Assembly (NCBI GenBank): GCA_964592855.1
Contig: CAZQKI010000003.1
Coordinates: 1,273 to 56,243 of the forward strand
Length of the DNA stretch: 54,971 bases
Direction: 5' to 3'
Origin: an uncultured Lentisphaerales bacterium
Lineage (GTDB): Bacteria > Verrucomicrobiota > Kiritimatiellia > RFP12 > JAAYLN01
This document shows positions 36,795-46,466 of the stretch, in pieces. Both the position numbers and the translations under genes were made by a program. The notes under the pieces are model-generated. The model worked only from the letters and a program-made list of their open reading frames with translations, had not been told where the DNA came from and ran no database searches. The first letter of the stretch is position 1. Every line of letters starts with the position of its first letter.

Positions 36795-39700
36795 ATGAGC
36801 AGAACAGAAGTCGGTTCCGTCGGGTTGGTTTTGAGCAGAGCGGTCCTGTCCGTGTTGCTTCTCGGTTGGGCCTCGGTGGCCTCTGCCGGGCTTGAGGTCA
36901 CCAAGTCGATCCAAAATGGTCTGACCACCGTCCCTTCCGGCCAGACGTTCACCTACAAGCTGCAATATCGCGCCGCCAGCACGACCACCGACTTCTTCGG
37001 TGCGACGCTGACCGACATCCTCCCGCCGGGCATCGAGTACCAGTCCCTCGTGGGCACGGTGCATGTGGCTTCCTTCGCCTATACAGCCGCCACCCGCACG
37101 CTGCGCGTCGTCTTCATCGATCCGCTCCCCGCGGGCAGCACCGGCGAGATTCTCGTGAACGTCCGTTTCCCGCAGGGCGTCACACTGCCGGGCACCGTGG
37201 CGACCAACACTGCGACGATGGCCGCGATTAATGCGCCCCCTGCGGTCGCACCGCCGGTGACGATCACGGCCACCGCCGCCAACCGCGCGACGGCGACCAA
37301 GAGCCTTGTCGGCGGCAGCGTGCCGCTCGACCAGAACGTCACGTACACTGTGTCGGCCAACAACAGCCAGACGGCGGGAGCGCTGAATGCAACGGCCCTC
37401 ACGCTGCTTGACAACCTGCCGACCGGAGCCGTTTTCGTCGCCGCCAGCGGCGGCGGGGTGTACGACCCCGGCTCGCATACGGTGACCTGGACGGCCGCAT
37501 CGCTGTCGGCCGGGAGCACCTTCTCCCGCACCCTGACGATAATGTATCCGAGTTCGGCCTTCGCTCTCGGCGCCAAGGCTACCAACGACCTGTCCGTGAC
37601 CCTGACGCCGCTCGGAGGTGTTCCTACAAACCTCACCGCCAGGACCGTGCACAACATCGTGGCCCCGGTGGCTAACTCCACCTTCACGAAGGACGTCAAC
37701 GCCAATTACGTCTACGAGGGTAAAACTGCGTCGAAGACCTGGACATTCGCCCTCCAGAACACCGGCAACGTGCCGCTCTACGACGTGGTGGTGACGGACG
37801 CCATTCCGGCGCAGGTGCAAGTCACCTCGATCAACAGCGGCCTTTCCTCGGGGACGCCTCCTGGGTTGAACGATCCGATCGGGGTCTTTTACAAAACCAC
37901 GCTCAACGGAACGTGGACCAACACGCCGGGAAGTCCCTATCCGGGATCAGCGTCGGTTACCGTGCCGGTTTCCACGCTCGGCCTTGCTCCCGGCGAGTTC
38001 ATCACCGACCTCAAGTGGGAATTCGGCACGCTGCCAGTTGGCTACAGCATCGGCAGCCTCCAATTTGCCTCAACGATTCTCACCAATGGCTGGGACGGCC
38101 AGCCGGTTCTGGCGGGCCAGACGATCACGAACGTCGGCCGGCTGGCTTACACCGACTTCACGGGGCCTAAGACGAAGAGCGATCCGGCCACCATTCCGGT
38201 CAAGACGGCGCGTCCCGTGGCCGAACTTGCGAAATCGGCGTCGCCCTCGACAGTCAACGATGGCAGCGTGACCACGTTCACCATCCGGCTGACCAACCGG
38301 TCGGAGGCGGCCCAGCCCTTGATCGACCCCGTGTTGGCGGACCTGCTGGACGCGAAGTTGGTCTATGTGCCAGGCAGTTGGACCGTGGCCAGCAAGCCAG
38401 CCGGAGCCCCCGATCCGTTGTTCGAGACGATCCCCAACTTCACCGGGAGCCGGACGCTGCTGCGCTGGCGGTGGGACGGCGCCGCCTCGTACAGTCTGCC
38501 GGCCAACAGCTATATCGAGATGCGTTTCAGGGCCAATATTCCCGCCGGGACAATCTATGGCGGCATCAACAACGACCTGACCCTCGCGAAGTGGAGCAAC
38601 ACGGCGCTGGACACGGCAAGCGCCACAGGCATCACTGACACCTTCGACCTCGACGGAGACGGAATTACAGCCGAAACCGTCTACTACCGGCGGACCGCGC
38701 TGACCGTCACGGCCCGCGCCTCGATGGACTCCGTCAAGTGGGTTCGGGGTGAACTGGATGCAGACTGGAGCAAGTACCCGAATTCCGGGTTGACCGTTCC
38801 CGGCGGCCGCGCCGATTACCGGCTGATCGTGAGCAACACCGGAAACGTTCCAATCCGGAATGCCGCGATTCTCGACATTCTGCCGACGCTGGACGACACC
38901 GGCGTCATCGACCTGTCTCAGCGCGACACCGAGTGGAAGTCGGCGCTGGCCGGTCCGGTGGTGGCCCCGCCGGGCGTAACCGTCTACTACAGCCGCGAGC
39001 TGGACCCGACCCGCCTGGACTTCGATCCGTCCGGGCCTCCCGGCTCCGAACCGGCCTACTGGAGCACGAACCCGCCGGCCACACTGATCGAGGCGCGCGC
39101 GCTGAAATTCGTCTTCACCGGCATTGTGATCCAGCCCGGGGCCTCGTACGAACTGACGTGGCCCATGCGGGCGCCGGTCGCCACCCCAACCGACGGACGC
39201 GTGGCCTGGAACTCCTTCGGCTACTACGGCACGCGCACCGATAGCAGCACCTTGCTGCTGCCCTCCGAACCGATCAAGGTCGGCATCGCCGTGCAGCCGG
39301 ACACCAACGCCGTCTATGGTGACCGGGTGTGGTATGACACCAACAGGGACGGGGTGCAGGATGCCGCGGAAACCGGCGTCAACGGCATCCGCGTCCGCTT
39401 CTACGAGGACAGCGGCGCCGGGGGCTTCCCGGATGGCGTCGTCAACACGAACGTGGACCGCTATGTCGGATACACAATCACGGCCGACGACTTCAACGGC
39501 CAAGCGGGCTACTACCTCTTCCCCAATCTGGACCGCGGGCACTACTATGCCGTTTTCGATATCCCGCCTGGCTATGAAGTGAGCCCGAAGGATGCTGGAA
39601 CAGACGATGCCCAGGATTCCGATGTCGACGCCCTTACTGGCGCCGCACCGATCACCTGGCTCGACGACGAGGAGACGGACCTGACGTGGGACCTGGGTCT

Positions 39701-42700
39701 CTTCATCGTGCCGCCGGTCGGCATCTCGATCGTGAAGACCGCAGGCACTGCACCCGACGGCGGCGTCTATTGGACGCTACCCGGCACCCCCGTCACCTAC
39801 ACCTATCGCGTGACCAACACCGGTGAACTGGCGATCGTGCGAATGACCGTGAGCGACGACAAGCTCGGCCTCGTCGGCATGATCGACGGGCCGCTGGCGC
39901 CTGGCGCCAGCACCACGCTGACCAAGGCTTCGTCCGCCCTCTCTGCCGGGGTCACCAACGTCGGCTCCGTGGTGGGGCATCCCGCCAGCTCCGGCGGGCG
40001 TGAGATTCCCGGCGCGCCGCCCGTGCGCGACGACGATGACGCGATTGTCCATATCTACGCCTCCATCGGCGACCTGGTCTGGTACGATGTGAACCGCAAC
40101 GGCATCCAGGATGCCGGCGAAGCTGGCGTCGGCGGCGTGCGGGTGGTTCTGTACGATGGCGCCGGCGCGCCGATCGCCACCAACACCACGGCGGCCAACG
40201 GCCGGTACCGGTTCAACGGACTCCTGCCCGGCGATTATTCTGTGGGCTTCACGACTCCGGCTGGCTATCTGCTCAGCCCGAACGATCAAGGCGCGGACGA
40301 CGCCAAGGACAGCGACGCGGACCTGGTCACCGGACGCACCGTGACCACCACGCTGGTCGCAGGCGAGTACGACTCCACGTGGGACATGGGCCTCTGGAAC
40401 CTGGCGTCCATCGGCGATACCGTCTGGTATGACGTCAACCGCAACGGCATCCAGGATGCCGGGGAGACGGGCGTCGCCGGCGCGACCGTGACGCTTTACG
40501 ACGCCGGCGGAGCGGTGGTTGCCACGACCAACACCAGCGCGACTGGCTTCTACACCTTCACCCGGCTTATGCCGGGCAACTACTCCCTGGGATTCGTCCC
40601 ACCGACCGGCTACCTCTTCAGCGCCGCGGATCAGGGCGCCAACGACGCCAAGGACAGCGACGCCATCCCCGCAACCGGGCGGACGATCGCAACCACGCTG
40701 AGCGTCGGCGAGAATGACATGACGTGGGATGCCGGCCTGTGGCGCCCCGCATCCATCGGCGACTTCGTCTGGTACGACGCCAACACGAACGGTCTGCAAG
40801 ATATCGGCGAAGCCGGAGTCGCCGGTGTTCTGGTCACACTCTACAACGGGCTGGGCCAGGTGGTGGCCACAACCAACACTGACGCCGCCGGCCGATACGG
40901 TTTCATAAACCTGGTTCCTGGCGACTACTCGGTCGGTTTCGCCCGTCCGACGGACTACCTGTTCAGCCGGCGCGACGCGGGCGGGGACGACACCGCGGAC
41001 AGCGACGCCGATACGACGACCGGACGGACCGCCATCACCACGCTGGCGCCCGGCGAGAATGATCTGACCTGGGATGCGGGCATGTACCTGGTCCGCGCAT
41101 CGATCGGCGATCGCGTGTGGCACGATGTCAACGCCAACGGCGTTCAGTATCCCGCCGAAACGGGCGTTCCGAACGTGGTCGTGAACCTCTTCCGTGCGGA
41201 CGGCAGCACGCTGGTCGGCACGACGAGCACCGATGCGAACGGACACTACGGCTTCCCGAACCTCGAGCCTGGCGACTACTTGCTCGCCTTCACCCCCCCT
41301 GCCGGCTACCAGATCAGCCCGCGCGACCAAGGCTCGGATGCATCGGACAGCGACGTTGATCCGATCTCCGGCCGGACGATTGCGACGACGCTCGCCCCGG
41401 GCGAGGATGATCTGACGTGGGATCTTGGCATCTACCGTCTGGCTTCCCTGGGCGACACGGTCTGGGACGACTCGAATGGCGACGGCGTGCAGGACCCGGG
41501 TGAACCCGGTGTGCCGAACGTGACCGTCACGCTCTATGGCGCAGGCGGAGCTGTACTGGCCACGATGCCTACCGACGCGAGCGGGAATTACCTCTTCCCC
41601 GGTCTCGTTCCCGGCGTCTACTCGGTGGGCTTTGCCCTTCCGGCCGGATATGCCTTCACGTTGCGCGACCAGGGCGGCGACGGCGCCGACAGCGACGCCG
41701 ATACCACCACCGGACGGACGATCACCACGACGCTTCAGTCGGGCGAGAACGATCTGACCTGGGATGCCGGCATCTACCGGCCGGTGAGCCTGGGCGACCG
41801 CGTCTGGCTCGACGTTGACCGCGACGGTGTTCAGGAAGCCGGCGAGGCCGGGTTCGCGGGCATCACCGTGACGCTCTACAACGCGGGTGGCAGCGCCATC
41901 AGCAACAGGGTGACCGATGTGAGCGGGAACTACTTCTTCGGTGGCCTGCCGCCGGGAACATACCATGTTGGATTCGCCGTGCCGATCGGCTACGCCCTGA
42001 CTGTGGCGAACCAGGGTGACGATGCCCTGGACAGCGACGCCGACCTCGTGACCGGCCTGACTCCTACGACCACGCTGCGCTCGGGGCAGAGCGACCTCAC
42101 GCTGGACGCAGGGATGTACCGCCTGACCGCCGATCTGGAGTTGACCAAGACCGCCACACGCGATTGCTTCCCGCCGAAGTGGACGATTCCGATATCGAAG
42201 GGCGAGCAATACGTGACGGGCGACTACTGGTTGCGGATCGAGAACAACCAGCCGAGCTTCGACGTCTGGGGACCGGGAAGCATGATGGCCGGCGTGGACA
42301 TCAGCCGCACCTGGCACCAGGTGGCCGGGCGCTTCACGCGCGGACCGGCGGCGTGGGGCCCGCACAAGATGGAGATCCTGGTGGATGGCGTGGTTGTGGC
42401 GACGAGCAGCCAATGGGGCACGACCGACACCAGTTCCGCCGCGCTCTTCCTGGGATCCTATCTTGGAACCCACTACTTCTACGCGGGTGCCATGGATGAA
42501 GTGCGCCTCTCGGGGACGGCCCGGAGCGACGCCTGGATGCGTACGAGCGTTGCGCAGCAGAACTCGCCATCGACCTTCCTGACCACGGGTGCCGAAGCCG
42601 CCGGCACGGTCTACGGCTATGAGAAGACGCTGACGGTTCAGGGCTCGGCCGTGGCCGGAGCGCTGACGGACTTCCCGGTGCTGGTGAGTCTGGTCGATGC

Positions 42701-44462
42701 CGACCTGGCCGCCCGCGTGGGCACGGCGGAAGGCTGGGACATCGGCTTCACGCTGCCGGACGGCACGCCGTTGGCGCACGAGGTCGAGCAATACTACGCC
42801 TCCAGCGGCACGCTCGTCGCCTGGGTTAAACTTCCCGCACTCGCCGCAGGGACGGATACGACCTTTGTGATGCACTACGGCGACGCCGCGGTCGCGGCGG
42901 CGACGGAGACACCGGCTGACGTCTGGGACGCCGATTTCCGCATGGTGCAACACTTCGAGGAGACGACGGGGCCGGTGCTGGACTCGACGGCCAATGGAAA
43001 CGATGGCGTCGTTTCAGGAGCCTGGTTCACGGCCGCCGGTTCCGCTGACGGCGCGTACTTGTTCGACGGCGTAGACGACCAGATTGAGGTGCCCGATTCG
43101 CCGAGCGTGCGGTTCGTGAACACGGACTTCACGATCGAGGGATGGTACGCACGCGAGCTGCCGCGCAAGGAATTCGTTGTCACGGTGACGAACCGCGGAC
43201 CGGATCAGGCGACGCGCGTGACGGTGTTGGACCCCCTGGGCACGACGATGGGCTACGTGACGTCCGATGCATCCCAGGGCACGTACGACCCAGCGACGGG
43301 TATATGGACGGTCGGAACAATGGATCTGAATACGGTCGCACGGCTCGTGCTGGTGGTTGATCCGCTGGCCGCGTCCGTCGTGAACCGGGCCGAAGTGGCG
43401 ACATCCGATGCCGCCGACCCCGATTCGACGCCGGGCAACGGCGTCGTCGGTGAAGACGATCAGGCGCAAGCGTCACCGCCAGGCTGCGGGTCGACAGAGC
43501 CTCCTGTTGGTCCAGGCGTTCCGGACAGTCCGGCAATCCAGATTGTCAAGGTGGCAGGTACAGCGCCAGACGGGACGGTTCTGACCGTTGCCAGCGGTGC
43601 GAACGTGACCTATACCTACACCGTGTACAACATCGGCAACGTGACACTGACGGGCATCACCGTAACGGACGACAAGCTCGGTGCGGTTGGCGTCGTGCCG
43701 ACCCTCTTGATCGGGCAGTCGGCCGTGCTGACGGCCGTGGCCTCCAACGTCACCGCCGATGTCACGAATGTGGCCACTGCGGTCGGCAACTGCGGCGCGG
43801 CCCAGGCGACCGACACCGACAACGCGGTGGTGGTCATCGGGACTGGCGGATCCTCTGGTGGCGGCGTGCCCGCTATCTGGGATCGTGCTGATTTTGCGGT
43901 GACGCACCAGGAGTTCATCGGCCCTGCGCCGACCGTGGTGGGCGAGGTTTTTGCGGTGCGGGTGACGGTTGCGAACCGAGGCCAGATCGCCGGCAACGCC
44001 GGGAACCTGGGCGTCTTCGTGGCGCACGCGGATCCGGTGGTGATCGGCGAGGCCGGCCAGGCGCAGGTTTCCATCGGCGTGCTCCAACCGGGGCAGAGCC
44101 GTGCCTTGGAGATCGGCGGACTGGTGGCCACGGAACGTGGCACGCAGTTGCTCCGTTCCTATGCAGACATCGGCGATTTGACCGACGAATGGAGCGAAGG
44201 TGACAACCAGTTGACGCTGATGTACCAGATCAGTCCGATTTTCATGCAGATTCAGCCGGTGGCGGGAAAGATCGAGTTGTCCTGGAACAGCTACTGGGGC
44301 GACCGGTACATTGTTTACCGCGCCGCGGGACTGGGGGCACCGTACGTGCCGCTGGCGACGGGCATCGAGGCTACGCCGCCGACGAACGGGTTCATCGACA
44401 CGAACCCGCCGGCTGGCGGAGCGTTCTACAAGGTCGGCGTGCAACCGTGGGCAGCTTGGTAA
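36795..44462 (+). CDS. Giant secreted surface protein/adhesin: DUF11/isopeptide-type Ig domains, 7 SdrD B-like repeats, permuted DUF2341-LamG insert, CARDB-like domain, C-terminal FYKV domain
   Basis: 2555 aa with a signal peptide. Repeated xxK(S/D/W)...Y.....N.G.....D.LP domains; GDxVWxDxNxxGxQD repeats; DFPVLV...HEVE...AWVKLP; FDGVDD, DEVRLS. Confidence 0.92.
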   Translation: MSRTEVGSVGLVLSRAVLSVLLLGWASVASAGLEVTKSIQNGLTTVPSGQTFTYKLQYRAASTTTDFFGATLTDILPPGIEYQSLVGTVHVASFAYTAATRTLRVVFIDPLPAGSTGEILVNVRFPQGVTLPGTVATNTATMAAINAPPAVAPPVTITATAANRATATKSLVGGSVPLDQNVTYTVSANNSQTAGALNATALTLLDNLPTGAVFVAASGGGVYDPGSHTVTWTAASLSAGSTFSRTLTIMYPSSAFALGAKATNDLSVTLTPLGGVPTNLTARTVHNIVAPVANSTFTKDVNANYVYEGKTASKTWTFALQNTGNVPLYDVVVTDAIPAQVQVTSINSGLSSGTPPGLNDPIGVFYKTTLNGTWTNTPGSPYPGSASVTVPVSTLGLAPGEFITDLKWEFGTLPVGYSIGSLQFASTILTNGWDGQPVLAGQTITNVGRLAYTDFTGPKTKSDPATIPVKTARPVAELAKSASPSTVNDGSVTTFTIRLTNRSEAAQPLIDPVLADLLDAKLVYVPGSWTVASKPAGAPDPLFETIPNFTGSRTLLRWRWDGAASYSLPANSYIEMRFRANIPAGTIYGGINNDLTLAKWSNTALDTASATGITDTFDLDGDGITAETVYYRRTALTVTARASMDSVKWVRGELDADWSKYPNSGLTVPGGRADYRLIVSNTGNVPIRNAAILDILPTLDDTGVIDLSQRDTEWKSALAGPVVAPPGVTVYYSRELDPTRLDFDPSGPPGSEPAYWSTNPPATLIEARALKFVFTGIVIQPGASYELTWPMRAPVATPTDGRVAWNSFGYYGTRTDSSTLLLPSEPIKVGIAVQPDTNAVYGDRVWYDTNRDGVQDAAETGVNGIRVRFYEDSGAGGFPDGVVNTNVDRYVGYTITADDFNGQAGYYLFPNLDRGHYYAVFDIPPGYEVSPKDAGTDDAQDSDVDALTGAAPITWLDDEETDLTWDLGLFIVPPVGISIVKTAGTAPDGGVYWTLPGTPVTYTYRVTNTGELAIVRMTVSDDKLGLVGMIDGPLAPGASTTLTKASSALSAGVTNVGSVVGHPASSGGREIPGAPPVRDDDDAIVHIYASIGDLVWYDVNRNGIQDAGEAGVGGVRVVLYDGAGAPIATNTTAANGRYRFNGLLPGDYSVGFTTPAGYLLSPNDQGADDAKDSDADLVTGRTVTTTLVAGEYDSTWDMGLWNLASIGDTVWYDVNRNGIQDAGETGVAGATVTLYDAGGAVVATTNTSATGFYTFTRLMPGNYSLGFVPPTGYLFSAADQGANDAKDSDAIPATGRTIATTLSVGENDMTWDAGLWRPASIGDFVWYDANTNGLQDIGEAGVAGVLVTLYNGLGQVVATTNTDAAGRYGFINLVPGDYSVGFARPTDYLFSRRDAGGDDTADSDADTTTGRTAITTLAPGENDLTWDAGMYLVRASIGDRVWHDVNANGVQYPAETGVPNVVVNLFRADGSTLVGTTSTDANGHYGFPNLEPGDYLLAFTPPAGYQISPRDQGSDASDSDVDPISGRTIATTLAPGEDDLTWDLGIYRLASLGDTVWDDSNGDGVQDPGEPGVPNVTVTLYGAGGAVLATMPTDASGNYLFPGLVPGVYSVGFALPAGYAFTLRDQGGDGADSDADTTTGRTITTTLQSGENDLTWDAGIYRPVSLGDRVWLDVDRDGVQEAGEAGFAGITVTLYNAGGSAISNRVTDVSGNYFFGGLPPGTYHVGFAVPIGYALTVANQGDDALDSDADLVTGLTPTTTLRSGQSDLTLDAGMYRLTADLELTKTATRDCFPPKWTIPISKGEQYVTGDYWLRIENNQPSFDVWGPGSMMAGVDISRTWHQVAGRFTRGPAAWGPHKMEILVDGVVVATSSQWGTTDTSSAALFLGSYLGTHYFYAGAMDEVRLSGTARSDAWMRTSVAQQNSPSTFLTTGAEAAGTVYGYEKTLTVQGSAVAGALTDFPVLVSLVDADLAARVGTAEGWDIGFTLPDGTPLAHEVEQYYASSGTLVAWVKLPALAAGTDTTFVMHYGDAAVAAATETPADVWDADFRMVQHFEETTGPVLDSTANGNDGVVSGAWFTAAGSADGAYLFDGVDDQIEVPDSPSVRFVNTDFTIEGWYARELPRKEFVVTVTNRGPDQATRVTVLDPLGTTMGYVTSDASQGTYDPATGIWTVGTMDLNTVARLVLVVDPLAASVVNRAEVATSDAADPDSTPGNGVVGEDDQAQASPPGCGSTEPPVGPGVPDSPAIQIVKVAGTAPDGTVLTVASGANVTYTYTVYNIGNVTLTGITVTDDKLGAVGVVPTLLIGQSAVLTAVASNVTADVTNVATAVGNCGAAQATDTDNAVVVIGTGGSSGGGVPAIWDRADFAVTHQEFIGPAPTVVGEVFAVRVTVANRGQIAGNAGNLGVFVAHADPVVIGEAGQAQVSIGVLQPGQSRALEIGGLVATERGTQLLRSYADIGDLTDEWSEGDNQLTLMYQISPIFMQIQPVAGKIELSWNSYWGDRYIVYRAAGLGAPYVPLATGIEATPPTNGFIDTNPPAGGAFYKVGVQPWAAW
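40062..42122 (+). repeat. Six tandem SdrD B-like (Ca-binding) domain repeats, about 345 bp each
   Basis: Unit starts at 40065, 40410, 40755, 41103, 41448 and 41790; a seventh copy starts near 39315. Confidence 0.9.
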
Positions 44463-44544
44463 TTTCCCGCTTTGCCACTTGTGTCTACATTGGGCACGGG
44501 TGTTCGGGTGGGCAGATAAACCGAAGATAACGAAGGATGGATTT

Positions 44545-44787
44545 ATGAAGAAGATGGTGATTTTGCTGGCGTTGGTTTCCGCAGTGTCGCTGCCCGTGAT
44601 GGCGGGGGAAGCCTGCTGCGGCGCCAAGAAGGCGGAGAAGTCGGCCGGAACAAACACCTGCGCTGTGGCGTGCCAGGCGGTCTGCAAAGGCGTGAAGAAG
44701 TCTGCCTGCACTGAAGCCTGCAAGGATGGCTGCGTGTGCGCGAAGCTTGCTGCCGAGAAGGCTGCCGCCGAGAAGGTCGCGAAGTAG
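44545..44787 (+). CDS. Small secreted Cys/Lys/Ala-rich protein
   Basis: 80 aa, MKKMVILLALVSAVSLPVMA signal peptide, 9 Cys, SD AAGGA, followed by a terminator. Confidence 0.8.
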   Translation: MKKMVILLALVSAVSLPVMAGEACCGAKKAEKSAGTNTCAVACQAVCKGVKKSACTEACKDGCVCAKLAAEKAAAEKVAK

Positions 44788-44805
44788 AGAACGGTGAAGC
44801 CCAAC

Positions 44806-44845
44806 GGGAGTCCTGTCGCGTTGCGCGGCAGGACTCTTCTTTTTT
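44806..44845 (+). terminator. Rho-independent terminator between convergent genes
   Basis: GAGTCCTGTCGCG-TTG-CGCGGCAGGACTC then TTCTTTTTT. Confidence 0.8.
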
Positions 44846-44850
44846 CAGCT

Positions 44851-46422
44851 TCAACGGAACATAATCAGTGTTCCGCGCGTCGGTGGCAGGCCGAAATACG
44901 TGTGGTTGCTCGCAGGTTCGTAATAGGCCCCGACACGCGCCCGTTGAACTTCGGTAAGGCCGGGGGCGATCCATGTCAGCTTTCCAGCAGTCTGGAGCGC
45001 GTTCAGTTGCGTGGTCTTGTTGCCGACCATCCGCAGACCCCAGCAGGCACGGATTGGATCGATCGGAGGCGCCATAAAACTCAGGCGCATCCGGCCCCCG
45101 TTAGTGACCGTCAGTGACCCGGTCATATCAATTCCCGAACAGACGCCATTGATCTGGTTGGTGATGACGGCAAAACCGGTGGTGTAGGGGTCTCCCAGCA
45201 GGAGATCGCCCGCCACGGTAAACAGCGTGTTGCTCAAGGACAGCAAAGCCGATCCGGCTCCCGTTGTTGCGTTCGCGCTCACGTTCATCTGCAGGCTGGT
45301 ACAGGAGGCGCGCCCGGCGGGCAGATAGACCTTCCCGTGATTCGAGACCCCGCCGATCTTGACCTGGCCGTTCACGTCCAGCGCCGCCAGTGTCGCGTTT
45401 CTCAGATCGAGTGTTCCATAGCGATGGTGTCCGTTCACCGCGACGGCAGAGACCCGAAGCCCGCTTACATAGGCCTGGAAGGTCCCGATGCCCGGCCCGA
45501 GCGTCATTACCACAGGATCCAGCATCCCGTTTTCGGCGACCGAGAGCGTCCCGGCCCTCGTGGATTCGCTTCCCATCTTGAAGGTCACGTTTCCCGGAAA
45601 ACCCTTGATGGTGTTGCCGCTGCCGTCGTGGCACCGGAACCCCCCGTAGGTGTAGCTGAAGGTATCTGCAATCACCAGGTCCCTCAACAGCGAATTCGTG
45701 CCGAGGTCCAGAATGCCCGGCGAGGCGGAGCTCGTCCCTCCCATGCGCAATGACGTGAAGGTGAGGTTGGTGACGTTCGGATTCACCTTCAGCATTCCGG
45801 AGGCGTCGTTGACTCCCAGCCGGGTCGAAGGTGCCTGAAAGCGATTGGTAATCGATCCCGAAACAACGGTCGCCGTACTGACATCAAGCAACCCCTTGGC
45901 CGCACCCCAGCCTTGCGCATCCTGAACGCCGATATCAATTGCCGACACGTTAGCCAGATTGAACACGCCACCCTGCACGATGAGACTCGCATCGACCGTC
46001 ACGTTTCGATCCGTGCTTCTATAACCCAACCGGATGGCCGTGGGGGAGACGTTGCCGACCTTCAGCATGCCGGAGTTCTTCACCACGACTTGGACGGCGG
46101 GCTTGCGGTAAGACGCGCTGAGGTAGCCGCCGTTCAGGATCAGGCTGGCTCCGGGCGCGATCTGAAGCACGTAGGAAGCGGCGTTGGTGTTCTCGTAGTA
46201 GAGGCCGGCCACCGTATAGACCGTGTCGACGACGCTGGTTCCGACCTTGACGTCGTTGAACTGGGCCGATTGGGCCGCAGTAGGCTTGACATCTCCCACC
46301 CAGTTCACAGCGTTGGTCCAATGATGGCCGCCGCTGTCGTCGTCCCAGACAACGGCTTGAACAGGTCCGCCCATACACACGATCACCAGCCCGATTGCGA
46401 CACATCTGATTCTGTCAGTCAT
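44851..46422 (-). CDS. Secreted beta-helix/passenger-like protein with C-terminal PPTRGTLIMFR motif
   Basis: 523 aa from ATG 46422 (SD GGGAGG), signal peptide, W....WTNAVNW...P N-terminal motif, Gly/Ser/Thr/Asn-rich beta-strand repeats, no beta-barrel. Confidence 0.8.
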   Translation of the reverse strand: MTDRIRCVAIGLVIVCMGGPVQAVVWDDDSGGHHWTNAVNWVGDVKPTAAQSAQFNDVKVGTSVVDTVYTVAGLYYENTNAASYVLQIAPGASLILNGGYLSASYRKPAVQVVVKNSGMLKVGNVSPTAIRLGYRSTDRNVTVDASLIVQGGVFNLANVSAIDIGVQDAQGWGAAKGLLDVSTATVVSGSITNRFQAPSTRLGVNDASGMLKVNPNVTNLTFTSLRMGGTSSASPGILDLGTNSLLRDLVIADTFSYTYGGFRCHDGSGNTIKGFPGNVTFKMGSESTRAGTLSVAENGMLDPVVMTLGPGIGTFQAYVSGLRVSAVAVNGHHRYGTLDLRNATLAALDVNGQVKIGGVSNHGKVYLPAGRASCTSLQMNVSANATTGAGSALLSLSNTLFTVAGDLLLGDPYTTGFAVITNQINGVCSGIDMTGSLTVTNGGRMRLSFMAPPIDPIRACWGLRMVGNKTTQLNALQTAGKLTWIAPGLTEVQRARVGAYYEPASNHTYFGLPPTRGTLIMFR

Positions 46423-46466
46423 GATACCCTCCCGAGATGTTAAACACGCCTTGCATCCCCGCGCGC

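Noticed and set aside
39777-42953. 1058-aa minus-strand ORF
   Set aside because: Antisense shadow of the repeat region of the giant protein.
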